From Bacteroidota bacterium (GTDB lineage Bacteria; Bacteroidota; Bacteroidia; Flavobacteriales_D; Crocinitomicaceae), in the NCBI GenBank assembly GCA_006227105.1, contig SBFR01000200.1, positions 1-54,843 on the forward strand: a DNA stretch of 54,843 nt. Reading direction: 5' to 3'. Positions 1 through 8,193 of the stretch are shown one piece after another. Numbering within the stretch: position 1 is the first letter of the stretch; each line of letters begins with the position of its first letter. The notes under the pieces were generated by a model that was given only the letters and a program-made list of their open reading frames with translations, did no database searches and was not told the origin of the DNA. The position numbers and the translations under genes were made by a program.

Positions 1-234
1 TCCGATTCCCCATTTCTAAATCTTTCAATTGATGATCTTGTCAACAGACATGCTGAGCTAATTATTTTGATCGAAACATTTGATGAAACCTTTAGCCAGA
101 CCATTTTACAGAAACATTCTTATGGAGGAGTTGATTTCTTAGACAACGTGAAATTCGAAAGAAGTTTTGATGAGAATGAAGACGGAAATATCGTACTACG
201 TATCCGAGATCTCAACAAGGTTTCTCCTTTATAA
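1..234 (+). CDS. 3' end of a KirBac-type (inward-rectifier-like) K+ channel, cytoplasmic C-terminal domain; the 5' end lies outside the window
   Basis: Frame 1 is open from base 1 to TAA at 232-234 (77 codons). It is absent from the ORF track because it has no start codon in the window. The translation ...HAELIILIETFDETFSQTILQKHSYGGVDFL...VLRIRDLNKV resembles the conserved '...LVL..G.DETF.QTV.....Y' block of IRK/KirBac C-terminal domains, as recalled from memory. Confidence 0.5.
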   Translation, partial: SDSPFLNLSIDDLVNRHAELIILIETFDETFSQTILQKHSYGGVDFLDNVKFERSFDENEDGNIVLRIRDLNKVSPL

Positions 235-238
235 TCTA

Positions 239-246
239 TACATTTG
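239..246 (+). promoter_or_regulatory. Bacteroidota -7 promoter box TACATTTG (consensus TAnnTTTG), 5 nt upstream of the queE ATG
   Basis: Exact match to TAnnTTTG at 239-246; ATG at 252. Confidence 0.45.
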
Positions 247-251
247 TTTAA

Positions 252-875
252 ATGAATGCTAAGCAGATAGATCCTGATAAAGAACTTCCAGTGATGGAAG
301 CATTTTACACCCTGCAAGGTGAAGGATCACATTCTGGAAAGGCGGCCTATTTCATTCGTCTAGCGGGTTGCGACGTAGGATGCGTCTGGTGCGATGTCAA
401 AGAAAGCTGGGACGCAAACAAACATCCTATTCAGAGTATCGACAAAATTGTTGAAGAGGCATCTAATTATCCTGCAAGATTCGTTGTTATAACTGGTGGT
501 GAACCGCTGATGTATAACCTTTCTGCATTAACGCAGTTATTAAGGGAAAATGGTTTTACGATTGCTGTAGAAACTTCAGGCTGTTATCATTTACAAGGAA
601 AGATCGATTGGTATTGTTTCTCTCCAAAAAAATTTAAAAAACCTGTTGAATCTTCATACGAGATTGCCAATGAACTCAAAGTGATCATCGCTCATCCTTC
701 TGATTTTGAGTGGGCTGAGGGACACGCGAAAAAAGTGAACGAAAATTGTCAGTTATTCCTGCAGCCCGAGTGGGACAAACGGGAACGATTTTTGCCAATG
801 ATCGTAGACTATGTTAAAAACAACCCGCAATGGAGAATTTCATTGCAGACACATAAATACTTGAACATACCGTAA
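252..875 (+). CDS. queE: 7-carboxy-7-deazaguanine synthase (radical SAM)
   Basis: The motif FYTLQGEG...FIRLAGCDVGCVWCD (CxxxCxxC-type radical SAM cluster) and the ~207-aa length are typical of QueE. An internal Met at 294 is an alternative start. Confidence 0.9.
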   Translation: MNAKQIDPDKELPVMEAFYTLQGEGSHSGKAAYFIRLAGCDVGCVWCDVKESWDANKHPIQSIDKIVEEASNYPARFVVITGGEPLMYNLSALTQLLRENGFTIAVETSGCYHLQGKIDWYCFSPKKFKKPVESSYEIANELKVIIAHPSDFEWAEGHAKKVNENCQLFLQPEWDKRERFLPMIVDYVKNNPQWRISLQTHKYLNIP

Positions 876-876
876 T

Positions 877-2895
877 ATGAAGTCATTTCTTATATTCTTC
901 TCGATTCTCCTGTCAGCTTCGTGCTCTATCAGCCAAGTGAAATATTCAACAAGTAATAAAAAGGCAATCAAGTTATTTGAGCAAGGTAAAGATGCTCCAG
1001 GTACTTCAATTGATCGTGCAACGAATATGCCGAATTATAAGCTTGGTATTGACTTAATGAATCAAGCGCTTGAGAAAGATCCTAATTTCTGGGAAGCACA
1101 TATGTTCGCAGGTGAATACTGTGAAATCCTTGGAAGATATCCTGAAGCAATTGGTCATTTTGAATCTGCTTTAAGAATCAATCCGAAACATAGTCCAACT
1201 GGTAGCACGTATTTTTACCTTGCAAATCTTCAGAATGCCGTTGGGGACTATGAAAAAAGTAATAAAAATCTAGAAATATTCGTCCAAAACAGAAACGCCA
1301 ACATACAACTTGTTGCTGAAGCGAATAAATTGATGGATAACAATAGATTTGCATTAGAAGCATTGAAGAATCCGACAAAATTTGATCCCGTAAATATTGG
1401 ACCTGGGATTAACACTCAATACAATGAATACTTTCCAACCATCACTGTTGACGGAAAAACCATCTTGTTCACCCGCAGAATTCCAGATGAAAGAGTGTTT
1501 GGACCAATCAAAGAACAAGAAGACTTCTACGTTTCCCAACTGAATGACCGAAACATGTGGGGTACAGCTGTACCTATGCCTTCGAATGTAAATACAGTAA
1601 ACAATGAAGGTGCACCAACCATTGGGGCTGATGGACGTTCTCTAGTGTTTGTCGCTTGTCCAGATGCAACTGGAGAGAATTATGGAGAAAACAGATTTGG
1701 AAAAGGAAGCTGTGACCTATTCTACACTAAAAAGCTAGGCTCAAGATGGACTGACCCTGTAAATATTCCGGGTAATGTAAATTCCTATCATTGGGAAACA
1801 CAGCCTTCTCTATCTGCTGATGGGAAGACCATGTATTTTATCAGAGGAATCAGGGGTCGCAACCAGACTGAGAATTCTGACATCTACGTAACGCGACTTT
1901 TAGACAATGGTTCTTGGAGTACCCCGGAAAGATTACCAGATATCATTAACACACCCTACGAAGAGGAATCTGTCCTTATTCACCCCGACGGTAAAACACT
2001 GTACTTCGCTTCGAAAGGTCATGTCGGAATGGGCGGATCTGATCTATTTGTATCCAGAATGGATGCACAAGGAAACTGGACCAGACCTGTTAATTTGGGA
2101 TACCCCATCAACACAAAGTTCGACGAAAATTCATTGATGGTTTCTCCTGATGGCGAAATTGCATTCTTTGCTTCCGACAGAGATGGAGGATACGGTGGAC
2201 TGGACATATACTATTTTACGCTTCCTGAAAATTTGAGACCAACAAAGACCCTATACTTTGAAGGAATGGTTTACGACATTAAAACAAGAAATCCAATCCC
2301 GGGTAAGTTCCAACTGATAGATCTGGAGACAGGAAAAGAGGTCGTAGTTTCAGAAGCAGATAAGCTAACTGGTGAATTTATGGTGAGTTTACCGATCAAC
2401 AAGTCATACGCTTTGAATGTCTCCTACCCTGGCTATACTTTCTTTTCAAAGAACTTTAACATGACAGTTGTCGAAAATCAAGAAGCTGTTCATATGGATG
2501 TGCCTATGGTTCCAATTACTGATGGTACTCCTACACTTCTTGCGAACGTATTCTTTGATTTGAGTAAAGCAACATTGAGACCCGAATCGTACGTTGAGCT
2601 GAACAAGCTTGTTGAATTCATGACTAAAAATCCAACGGTTAAAATTGAAATTGGCGGACATACAGACACCAGAGGTGATGATAAAGAGAACCTTAAACTT
2701 TCGAATGACAGAGCCAAGTCTGTTTATGAATATGTTGTTTCAAAAGGTGTTGAAGCATCTAGAATGACTTACAAAGGATACGGAGAAACAAAACCGGTTA
2801 TATCGGATGCAGAGATCAACAAAATGGCAACTGAAAAAGAACGAGAAGAAGCTCATCAGTCAAACCGTCGTACAGAATATCGAATTATCAAGTAA
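877..2895 (+). CDS. OmpA-family outer-membrane/peptidoglycan-associated protein with N-terminal TPR and TolB-like (PD40) beta-propeller repeats
   Basis: Signal peptide with lipobox-like SASC. TPR-like segment (EKDPNFWEAH...ALRINPKH). Repeated 'PSLSADGKTMYF / HPDGKTLYFAS / VSPDGEIAFFASDR' PD40 motifs. C-terminal OmpA domain (IEIGGHTDTRGDDKENLKLSNDRAKSV...NRRTEYRI). Confidence 0.8.
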   Translation: MKSFLIFFSILLSASCSISQVKYSTSNKKAIKLFEQGKDAPGTSIDRATNMPNYKLGIDLMNQALEKDPNFWEAHMFAGEYCEILGRYPEAIGHFESALRINPKHSPTGSTYFYLANLQNAVGDYEKSNKNLEIFVQNRNANIQLVAEANKLMDNNRFALEALKNPTKFDPVNIGPGINTQYNEYFPTITVDGKTILFTRRIPDERVFGPIKEQEDFYVSQLNDRNMWGTAVPMPSNVNTVNNEGAPTIGADGRSLVFVACPDATGENYGENRFGKGSCDLFYTKKLGSRWTDPVNIPGNVNSYHWETQPSLSADGKTMYFIRGIRGRNQTENSDIYVTRLLDNGSWSTPERLPDIINTPYEEESVLIHPDGKTLYFASKGHVGMGGSDLFVSRMDAQGNWTRPVNLGYPINTKFDENSLMVSPDGEIAFFASDRDGGYGGLDIYYFTLPENLRPTKTLYFEGMVYDIKTRNPIPGKFQLIDLETGKEVVVSEADKLTGEFMVSLPINKSYALNVSYPGYTFFSKNFNMTVVENQEAVHMDVPMVPITDGTPTLLANVFFDLSKATLRPESYVELNKLVEFMTKNPTVKIEIGGHTDTRGDDKENLKLSNDRAKSVYEYVVSKGVEASRMTYKGYGETKPVISDAEINKMATEKEREEAHQSNRRTEYRIIK

Positions 2896-3797
2896 TGCAT
2901 TTTCTGCGACTTATACGACCTCTTAACCTAGCGATCATTGCTTTTACCATGATCGCCACGTTTATTCACCTCAAAGATCTGAGCGATTATTCCGGCTTTA
3001 CCTATAACATCTTTAACTTATCACTTCTCATCGGCTCTACGGTTATCATTGCAGCTGCCGGCAATATCATCAATGATTACTTTGACGTTAAAGCTGACAG
3101 GATCAATAAGCCCGAAAAACTGATCATTACAAAACACATAAAAAGACGGTGGGCCATCGTTTCTCATTGGAGCTTTAATGGGATTGGTTTCATTTCAGGG
3201 ATATACCTCTCTATTTATTACCAATCGATCATATTTGTCTTCATTCATTTGATTTCTATTAACCTGTTATGGTTTTATAGCATGTATTTCAAACGAAAAG
3301 TATTTATCGGAAATCTCATTATCGCTGTATTAACAGGAATGATTCCAGTATTGACCCTCCTTTATGTTTGTTTTTCTGTAAGTCTGCAGTCTGATCAGAA
3401 TGTTGTTTCTCTATTAATCTCTGAAGATCTGAATTTGATCTACATTGTAGCTCTTCTGGCCGCACTTTCAAACCTTTCAAGAGAGATCATAAAAGATATA
3501 CAGGATATGTCGGGAGATCGCCTGATCTACGTTAAATCACTCCCAATGGTCATTGGGGTAATGAATTCAAAGATCATATCAACGATCATTATGATCCTTG
3601 TTATATTATTATGTCTATTTGAGGCAAACAATTTAAACTGGAACATCTCGATGGTATGGCCATTAGCTATATCTTCGGTAACCTTATCACTCGCGGGCAT
3701 AAGCTTATTTCTTTCAGATAAGCTTAAAATAAGCGATCAATTGATCAAAGTTTCCATGTTATTTGGTGTCATTTCACTTCTAACGGTTCATAGTTAA
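2895..3797 (+). CDS. UbiA-superfamily membrane prenyltransferase (DGGGP-synthase-like subgroup possible)
   Basis: Polytopic hydrophobic 300-aa protein carrying NIINDYFDVKADRINKP (NDxxDxxxD) and KDIQDMSGD (second Asp-rich motif). The ATG overlaps the upstream stop. Confidence 0.8.
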   Translation: MHFLRLIRPLNLAIIAFTMIATFIHLKDLSDYSGFTYNIFNLSLLIGSTVIIAAAGNIINDYFDVKADRINKPEKLIITKHIKRRWAIVSHWSFNGIGFISGIYLSIYYQSIIFVFIHLISINLLWFYSMYFKRKVFIGNLIIAVLTGMIPVLTLLYVCFSVSLQSDQNVVSLLISEDLNLIYIVALLAALSNLSREIIKDIQDMSGDRLIYVKSLPMVIGVMNSKIISTIIMILVILLCLFEANNLNWNISMVWPLAISSVTLSLAGISLFLSDKLKISDQLIKVSMLFGVISLLTVHS

Positions 3798-4363
3798 TGA
3801 ATTCCAGGATCATTTTAGGATCAAATTCTCCACGTAGGAAAGAGTTGTTATCTGACATGGGCTATGATTTCAGCGTCTATTCAATTGACATTGACGAATC
3901 TTTCCCCATTGATCTTGATCCGTTCGAAGTTGCAGAGTATGTTGCATTAAAAAAGGCAAAACATTTACAAGAACATCTTGAAGAAAACGAAATCTTGATC
4001 TGTGCTGACACCACTGTGATCCTTGAACATAGGGTTCTCGGGAAACCTTCTGATTTTGACGAAGCATATGCAATGATCAAAGAACTTTCAGGTCGAAAAC
4101 ACCATGTGGTATCTGGTGTTGCCGTATTCACTTTACAGGATCAAATTTCCTTTAGTGAAATTACCGAAGTGAATTTCAAGTCAATTCCTGACGAAATGAT
4201 CGAATATTATATCCGTGAGTATAAACCGTTCGACAAAGCAGGATCATACGGAATCCAGGAATGGATTGGGTATAACTTTATTTCTGAAATAAAAGGATCT
4301 TATACCAATGTTGTGGGCTTACCTACTCATCGGTTATTTGAAATCTTAAAAGAAATTGAATAA
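3797..4363 (+). CDS. maf: Maf-like nucleoside triphosphate pyrophosphatase (septum formation inhibitor family)
   Basis: N-terminus IILGSNSPRRKELL, ...ADTTV..., GKP..., SGVAV..., KAGSYGIQE; 188 aa. Confidence 0.9.
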   Translation: MNSRIILGSNSPRRKELLSDMGYDFSVYSIDIDESFPIDLDPFEVAEYVALKKAKHLQEHLEENEILICADTTVILEHRVLGKPSDFDEAYAMIKELSGRKHHVVSGVAVFTLQDQISFSEITEVNFKSIPDEMIEYYIREYKPFDKAGSYGIQEWIGYNFISEIKGSYTNVVGLPTHRLFEILKEIE

Positions 4364-4392
4364 AAAAAGGAGGCACAATAGCCTCCTTTTTT
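4362..4392. terminator. Bidirectional intrinsic terminator between convergent maf and an ompA-family gene
   Basis: A7 tract, stem GGAGGC (4369-4374), loop ACAATA, stem GCCTCC (4381-4386), T6 tract. Confidence 0.8.
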
Positions 4393-4411
4393 ATTTTCTC
4401 TATATAGATAG

Positions 4412-5599
4412 TTATCTAACCTTAAATGTAACGCGTCTGTTCTTCGCCATAATAAGATCATCGTCGTCACCTTCTTCGATCTCATCACTTGGCTCACTGC
4501 TTCCTTGAGAAGAAGGGATCATTCTACCCTCTTCTATTCCTTTATCCATTAAATAAGACATCACTTCATTGACTCTCTTTGAAGCCATATCTGCATACAT
4601 CTCCTTTTCAAGACCTACCTTATCTTCTTCTGCATCACTATGCCCCATCACTTCAAGTTTCATCGAAGCATTTGCCTTCATTTCTTCTGCGATCAGATCA
4701 AGCGCCTCCTCTCCTTCTGTAGTCAATGTCGTCTTTCCAAAAGCAAAGAACACTTTTTGAGCTTCCACCTTCTCAGCAGATGTCATTTTATCATTCAATA
4801 CGACCGCTTTCTGATAGATCGTTGAAGAATAATTGTTCTCATTTTCAGTGATCAGACAATCACACTGCTCATTGTTATCGATCAACTGAATAGAGATATC
4901 ATCGATATAGTAATACGCAGAAATCACCTGAGTAAGCTTCATTTCTTTGTTATTCGGCTTCTTGTTGTTCTCATATTTAGTTTTGTCGTTCGGATCAAAA
5001 TTTCCAATTGTGATATATTTTTCTCCACCTTCAGCTTCAAATATTCCACAAACTTTGTCCCAATTGTACGTAGCGTTAAACACCTTGTTGTTATAGTGCT
5101 TGATATGAGCTTCATCGATAATGGCAGTCTTGGAATCCGTAGCGAAAGGCTTCTTTGAAAGATTCGCTCCAATATTGTTACTCGCATATTTTGAAGCTTC
5201 CGCTAAAGACACATGAAATGAAACACAATACTTCATCCCTTTCTTTAGAGGCGAATCCAATTTAGCCATAATGTATGATCTTGGCACCTTATCTCCGAAA
5301 GAAAACGCAACGATTCCTGCATAGTTTGAACCTTCCTTCGCTTCTTCTTTTCCATAAATGTTCATTGGAGTACTGATATCGATCACCTTACCAGGCGTGA
5401 AAAGGTCAGCTCGAACTCCTGTCGGAGATGTCCATGTTGTAGCACTTTCGATTCCACCCAGCTTTTTTACCTTGCCATCGGTTGATTCAAAACCACCGTT
5501 TGACAAAAGGTTCTCACCCTGAGCAAATGAATTTGTCGTTAACAATCCTACAAATAGAATCGAAACTACATTCTTAAAATTCTTACTTACGTAATTCAT
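4412..5599 (-). CDS. OmpA-family protein with an N-terminal beta-sandwich (carbohydrate-binding-like) region
   Basis: Signal peptide (SFAQ). C-terminal OmpA domain ([13 protein letters not shown]...[12 protein letters not shown]...NRRVTFKVR). The start overlaps the hemE stop by 17 nt. Confidence 0.75.
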   Translation of the reverse strand: MNYVSKNFKNVVSILFVGLLTTNSFAQGENLLSNGGFESTDGKVKKLGGIESATTWTSPTGVRADLFTPGKVIDISTPMNIYGKEEAKEGSNYAGIVAFSFGDKVPRSYIMAKLDSPLKKGMKYCVSFHVSLAEASKYASNNIGANLSKKPFATDSKTAIIDEAHIKHYNNKVFNATYNWDKVCGIFEAEGGEKYITIGNFDPNDKTKYENNKKPNNKEMKLTQVISAYYYIDDISIQLIDNNEQCDCLITENENNYSSTIYQKAVVLNDKMTSAEKVEAQKVFFAFGKTTLTTEGEEALDLIAEEMKANASMKLEVMGHSDAEEDKVGLEKEMYADMASKRVNEVMSYLMDKGIEEGRMIPSSQGSSEPSDEIEEGDDDDLIMAKNRRVTFKVR

Positions 5600-6620
5600 A
5601 ATTCTTTACTGTTTTAATGAACGTTTTCACCTTTTCCGGATCAACATCTGGATAAACTCCATGACCCAAATTTACAATATGTCGTTTACTCGTGAAAGTA
5701 TCCAACATTTTAATTGTCAGATTCTCAACATCTTTATGGCTACTATATAAAGCACAAGGATCTAAATTGCCTTGAAGAGTTCTACTCTCTCCGACCATTT
5801 TTCTTGCCTCTGATATATCCATATTCCAGTCAAGTCCGACAGTATTACAATTTAATTTTCCAATGGATCCTATTGAGGTTATAGCTCCTTTCGAAAAGAT
5901 CGTCACTGGAACCTCGTTGATCGCATCAGCAATTAAACTTATGTATTTCAATCCAAATTCAGCGTATTGCTCTGTTCCCAGAATTCCTGCCCAAGAATCA
6001 AAGATCTGAACCATATGAGCTCCGGCCTTGATCTGTGCTTTCAAATACTGAATTGTCACTTTCGTGATCATACTTAACAACTCATGTGCCAAAGCAGGAT
6101 CAGTGTACAAAAGTTTTCTGGATTCGGAGAATGTTTTCGATCCTTTTCCTTCGACCATATAACAAAGAATCGTCCATGGCGCACCCGCAAAACCGATTAG
6201 AGGAACTCTCCCGTCTAGCTCTTTGTTCGTGATCTTTATCGCCTCTAGGACGTATCCCAAACGATCATTTATGTCAAAGGAATCTGAAATCAATTTCAAT
6301 TCCTCTCTGGACCTGATCGTTTTTTCAAACCACGGTCCCTTTTGCTCGATCATTTGATATTCCAGTCCCATTGCTTCAGGAACTACAAGGATGTCCGAAA
6401 AAATAATTGCTGCATCCACACCAAGGATATCTACCGGCTGAATCGTAACTTCAGCGGCCCTTTCCGGAGTTTCAACCAATTCTTTAAAACCAGACAAACT
6501 CGATCTTACAGCTCTGTATTCAGGTAAGATTCTACCAGCTTGACGCATAAGCCACACGGGATAGCGATCAATATCTTCACCCCTTGCAGCTCTTAAAATG
6601 AGATCATTCTTTAATTCCAT
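5583..6620 (-). CDS. hemE: Uroporphyrinogen decarboxylase
   Basis: [15 protein letters not shown]...[10 protein letters not shown] is the canonical HemE N-terminus. I prefer ATG at 6620 over the ORF-track TTG at 6629, because a -7 box occupies 6627-6634. Confidence 0.9.
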   Translation of the reverse strand: MELKNDLILRAARGEDIDRYPVWLMRQAGRILPEYRAVRSSLSGFKELVETPERAAEVTIQPVDILGVDAAIIFSDILVVPEAMGLEYQMIEQKGPWFEKTIRSREELKLISDSFDINDRLGYVLEAIKITNKELDGRVPLIGFAGAPWTILCYMVEGKGSKTFSESRKLLYTDPALAHELLSMITKVTIQYLKAQIKAGAHMVQIFDSWAGILGTEQYAEFGLKYISLIADAINEVPVTIFSKGAITSIGSIGKLNCNTVGLDWNMDISEARKMVGESRTLQGNLDPCALYSSHKDVENLTIKMLDTFTSKRHIVNLGHGVYPDVDPEKVKTFIKTVKNYELRK

Positions 6621-6626
6621 TGCCTG

Positions 6627-6634
6627 CAAAGATA
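6627..6634 (-). promoter_or_regulatory. -7 promoter box TATCTTTG (minus strand), 6 nt upstream of the hemE ATG
   Basis: The plus strand reads CAAAGATA at 6627-6634. The minus strand reads TATCTTTG-caggca-ATG. Confidence 0.5.
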
Positions 6635-6656
6635 GTTAAACTAAACATGCGTAAGC

Positions 6657-7328
6657 CTACCAGTTGATTTGTGTTTGGCCCTTTTTCAACAGATATTCGT
6701 TAATCCGTGAAAATGGTTTTGATCCAAAAAATCCACGATGTGCAGATAATGGTGATGGGTGTGGACTCGAAATGATCAGATTCTTTTGGGTGTCAATATA
6801 TTCTACCTTTTTTTGTGCCTTTGCACCCCACAAGACATAAACTAGTTCTGACCTGCTATTTGCCAAATGTTGAATTGCAGCATCGGTAAACTTTTCCCAA
6901 CCTTTACCTGAATGACTATCCGGCAATCCTTCCCGAACAGTTAAGACGGTATTGATCAATAATACTCCTTGCTGAGCCCAATTCGACAAATCCCCATTGG
7001 ACGGTGCTTGAATCGATAGATCCGACTCAAGTTCTTTAAAAATATTGACTAGACTTTTTGGAAGTGGTTTCACTTTCTCATCAACAGAAAAACAAAGTCC
7101 ATGTGCATGTCCTTTGGTCGGGTAAGGATCCTGCCCCAGAATGACAACCTTCACTTTTGAAGGCGGACAAAGATCAAATGCCCTGAAGATCTCATTTCCA
7201 GCAGGAAAGATCCTACCTGGATGTTGAGCATATTCATTTTTGACAAATGTGATCAACTCATGAAAATATGGCTTTTCGAACTCATCCTTCAATAATGATT
7301 TCCATTCTTCATTTATTCTCACATTCAT
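6657..7328 (-). CDS. ung: Uracil-DNA glycosylase (family 1)
   Basis: VVILGQDPYP, GVLLLN-type motif (GVLLINTVLTV) and HPSPLSA are all present; 223 aa. Confidence 0.95.
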   Translation of the reverse strand: MNVRINEEWKSLLKDEFEKPYFHELITFVKNEYAQHPGRIFPAGNEIFRAFDLCPPSKVKVVILGQDPYPTKGHAHGLCFSVDEKVKPLPKSLVNIFKELESDLSIQAPSNGDLSNWAQQGVLLINTVLTVREGLPDSHSGKGWEKFTDAAIQHLANSRSELVYVLWGAKAQKKVEYIDTQKNLIISSPHPSPLSAHRGFFGSKPFSRINEYLLKKGQTQINW

Positions 7329-7375
7329 GTTTTAAAATTATAAAATTTGGCGTTGAAGTCTAATACTAATCCACC

Positions 7376-7383
7376 TATCTTTG
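7376..7383 (+). promoter_or_regulatory. -7 promoter box TATCTTTG, 4 nt upstream of the ATG at 7388
   Basis: Exact TAnnTTTG match, followed by tcat-ATG. Confidence 0.5.
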
Positions 7384-7387
7384 TCAT

Positions 7388-8146
7388 ATGAAGAATTGGC
7401 TCCCACTCTTACTGATCGTGTTCCTTTCCAGCTGCTCCGAAGTTGAAAATACAGATACAGTTGTTACCAATGAAGTCGAAACAGACGAAAACGAATCTCT
7501 TGAATCAAGGGCAAAAAGACATGTTGAAGCGAGCTTAACAATACCTGTCAATGAGAAATATTCATTAAAGATATACCGAGCTAACCTTGATGGTGACGAC
7601 CGGGAGGATGCCATCATTGCTGTAAACAGATATGACTTTGCTATTGAAGAGGCCCTGAAATCAAATAACACGGCTAAAAGAGCGGAAGTTGGCTACATGG
7701 GTAATTACAATTACATTTTCTATTATGATGGTGCGCTAAATAAAATATCGCCCCCACAAGTCATATCTTCTACTCCTCAAGCTGAACTAACCGTAAAATT
7801 TGACAATATTACAAGTCAGGTGTATCAAGATATTTTGATCGACTATAGAATTAGAAACTCGAGTTACAAGGCAATCTATTCCATAAGAAATCATACGCCA
7901 AAAAGAATTTTTCACTGGAAAAACTTCGATGGATTGGGCACCGAACAAAAAGAAGCATATGTTCTAAAGTTTGGAGAAGGGACGGCAGGGATCCAAAAGG
8001 ATATTTACATCTTAAAAGCAGAATTCGATAATCCTGAAAGCGCTGAAGACCTTTTCACTTACTCACCAGATTTGAGGCCAACCAAAGAAGTTTTACATCA
8101 TTTTTTCTTTGTTTCATCTACAGATATGTACATGACAAAAAAATAA
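7388..8146 (+). CDS. Hypothetical lipoprotein
   Basis: Signal peptide plus lipobox (LLLIVFLSSC). I do not recognise any family. Confidence 0.6.
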   Translation: MKNWLPLLLIVFLSSCSEVENTDTVVTNEVETDENESLESRAKRHVEASLTIPVNEKYSLKIYRANLDGDDREDAIIAVNRYDFAIEEALKSNNTAKRAEVGYMGNYNYIFYYDGALNKISPPQVISSTPQAELTVKFDNITSQVYQDILIDYRIRNSSYKAIYSIRNHTPKRIFHWKNFDGLGTEQKEAYVLKFGEGTAGIQKDIYILKAEFDNPESAEDLFTYSPDLRPTKEVLHHFFFVSSTDMYMTKK

Positions 8147-8175
8147 TGCCTCCACCTGTAAAAGGTGAAGGCATT
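8145..8175. terminator. Hairpin between convergent genes; probable terminator for the minus-strand TonB-dependent receptor gene
   Basis: AATGCCTCCACC (8145-8156) pairs with GGTGAAGGCATT (8164-8175), 12 bp with one mismatch. On the minus strand it is followed by a T7 tract, the complement of 8135-8143. Confidence 0.5.
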
Positions 8176-8193
8176 ACACTATAGAAGAATTCC

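Noticed and set aside
6621-6629. N-terminal extensions implied by ORF-track starts (TTG or upstream ATG) at 6629, 11205, 11227, 11855, 40803, 40876, 42558 and 54263.
   Set aside because: Each extension overlaps a -7 promoter box or a divergent gene, or adds residues ahead of a clear signal peptide or a conserved N-terminus. In-frame ATGs slightly downstream fit better.
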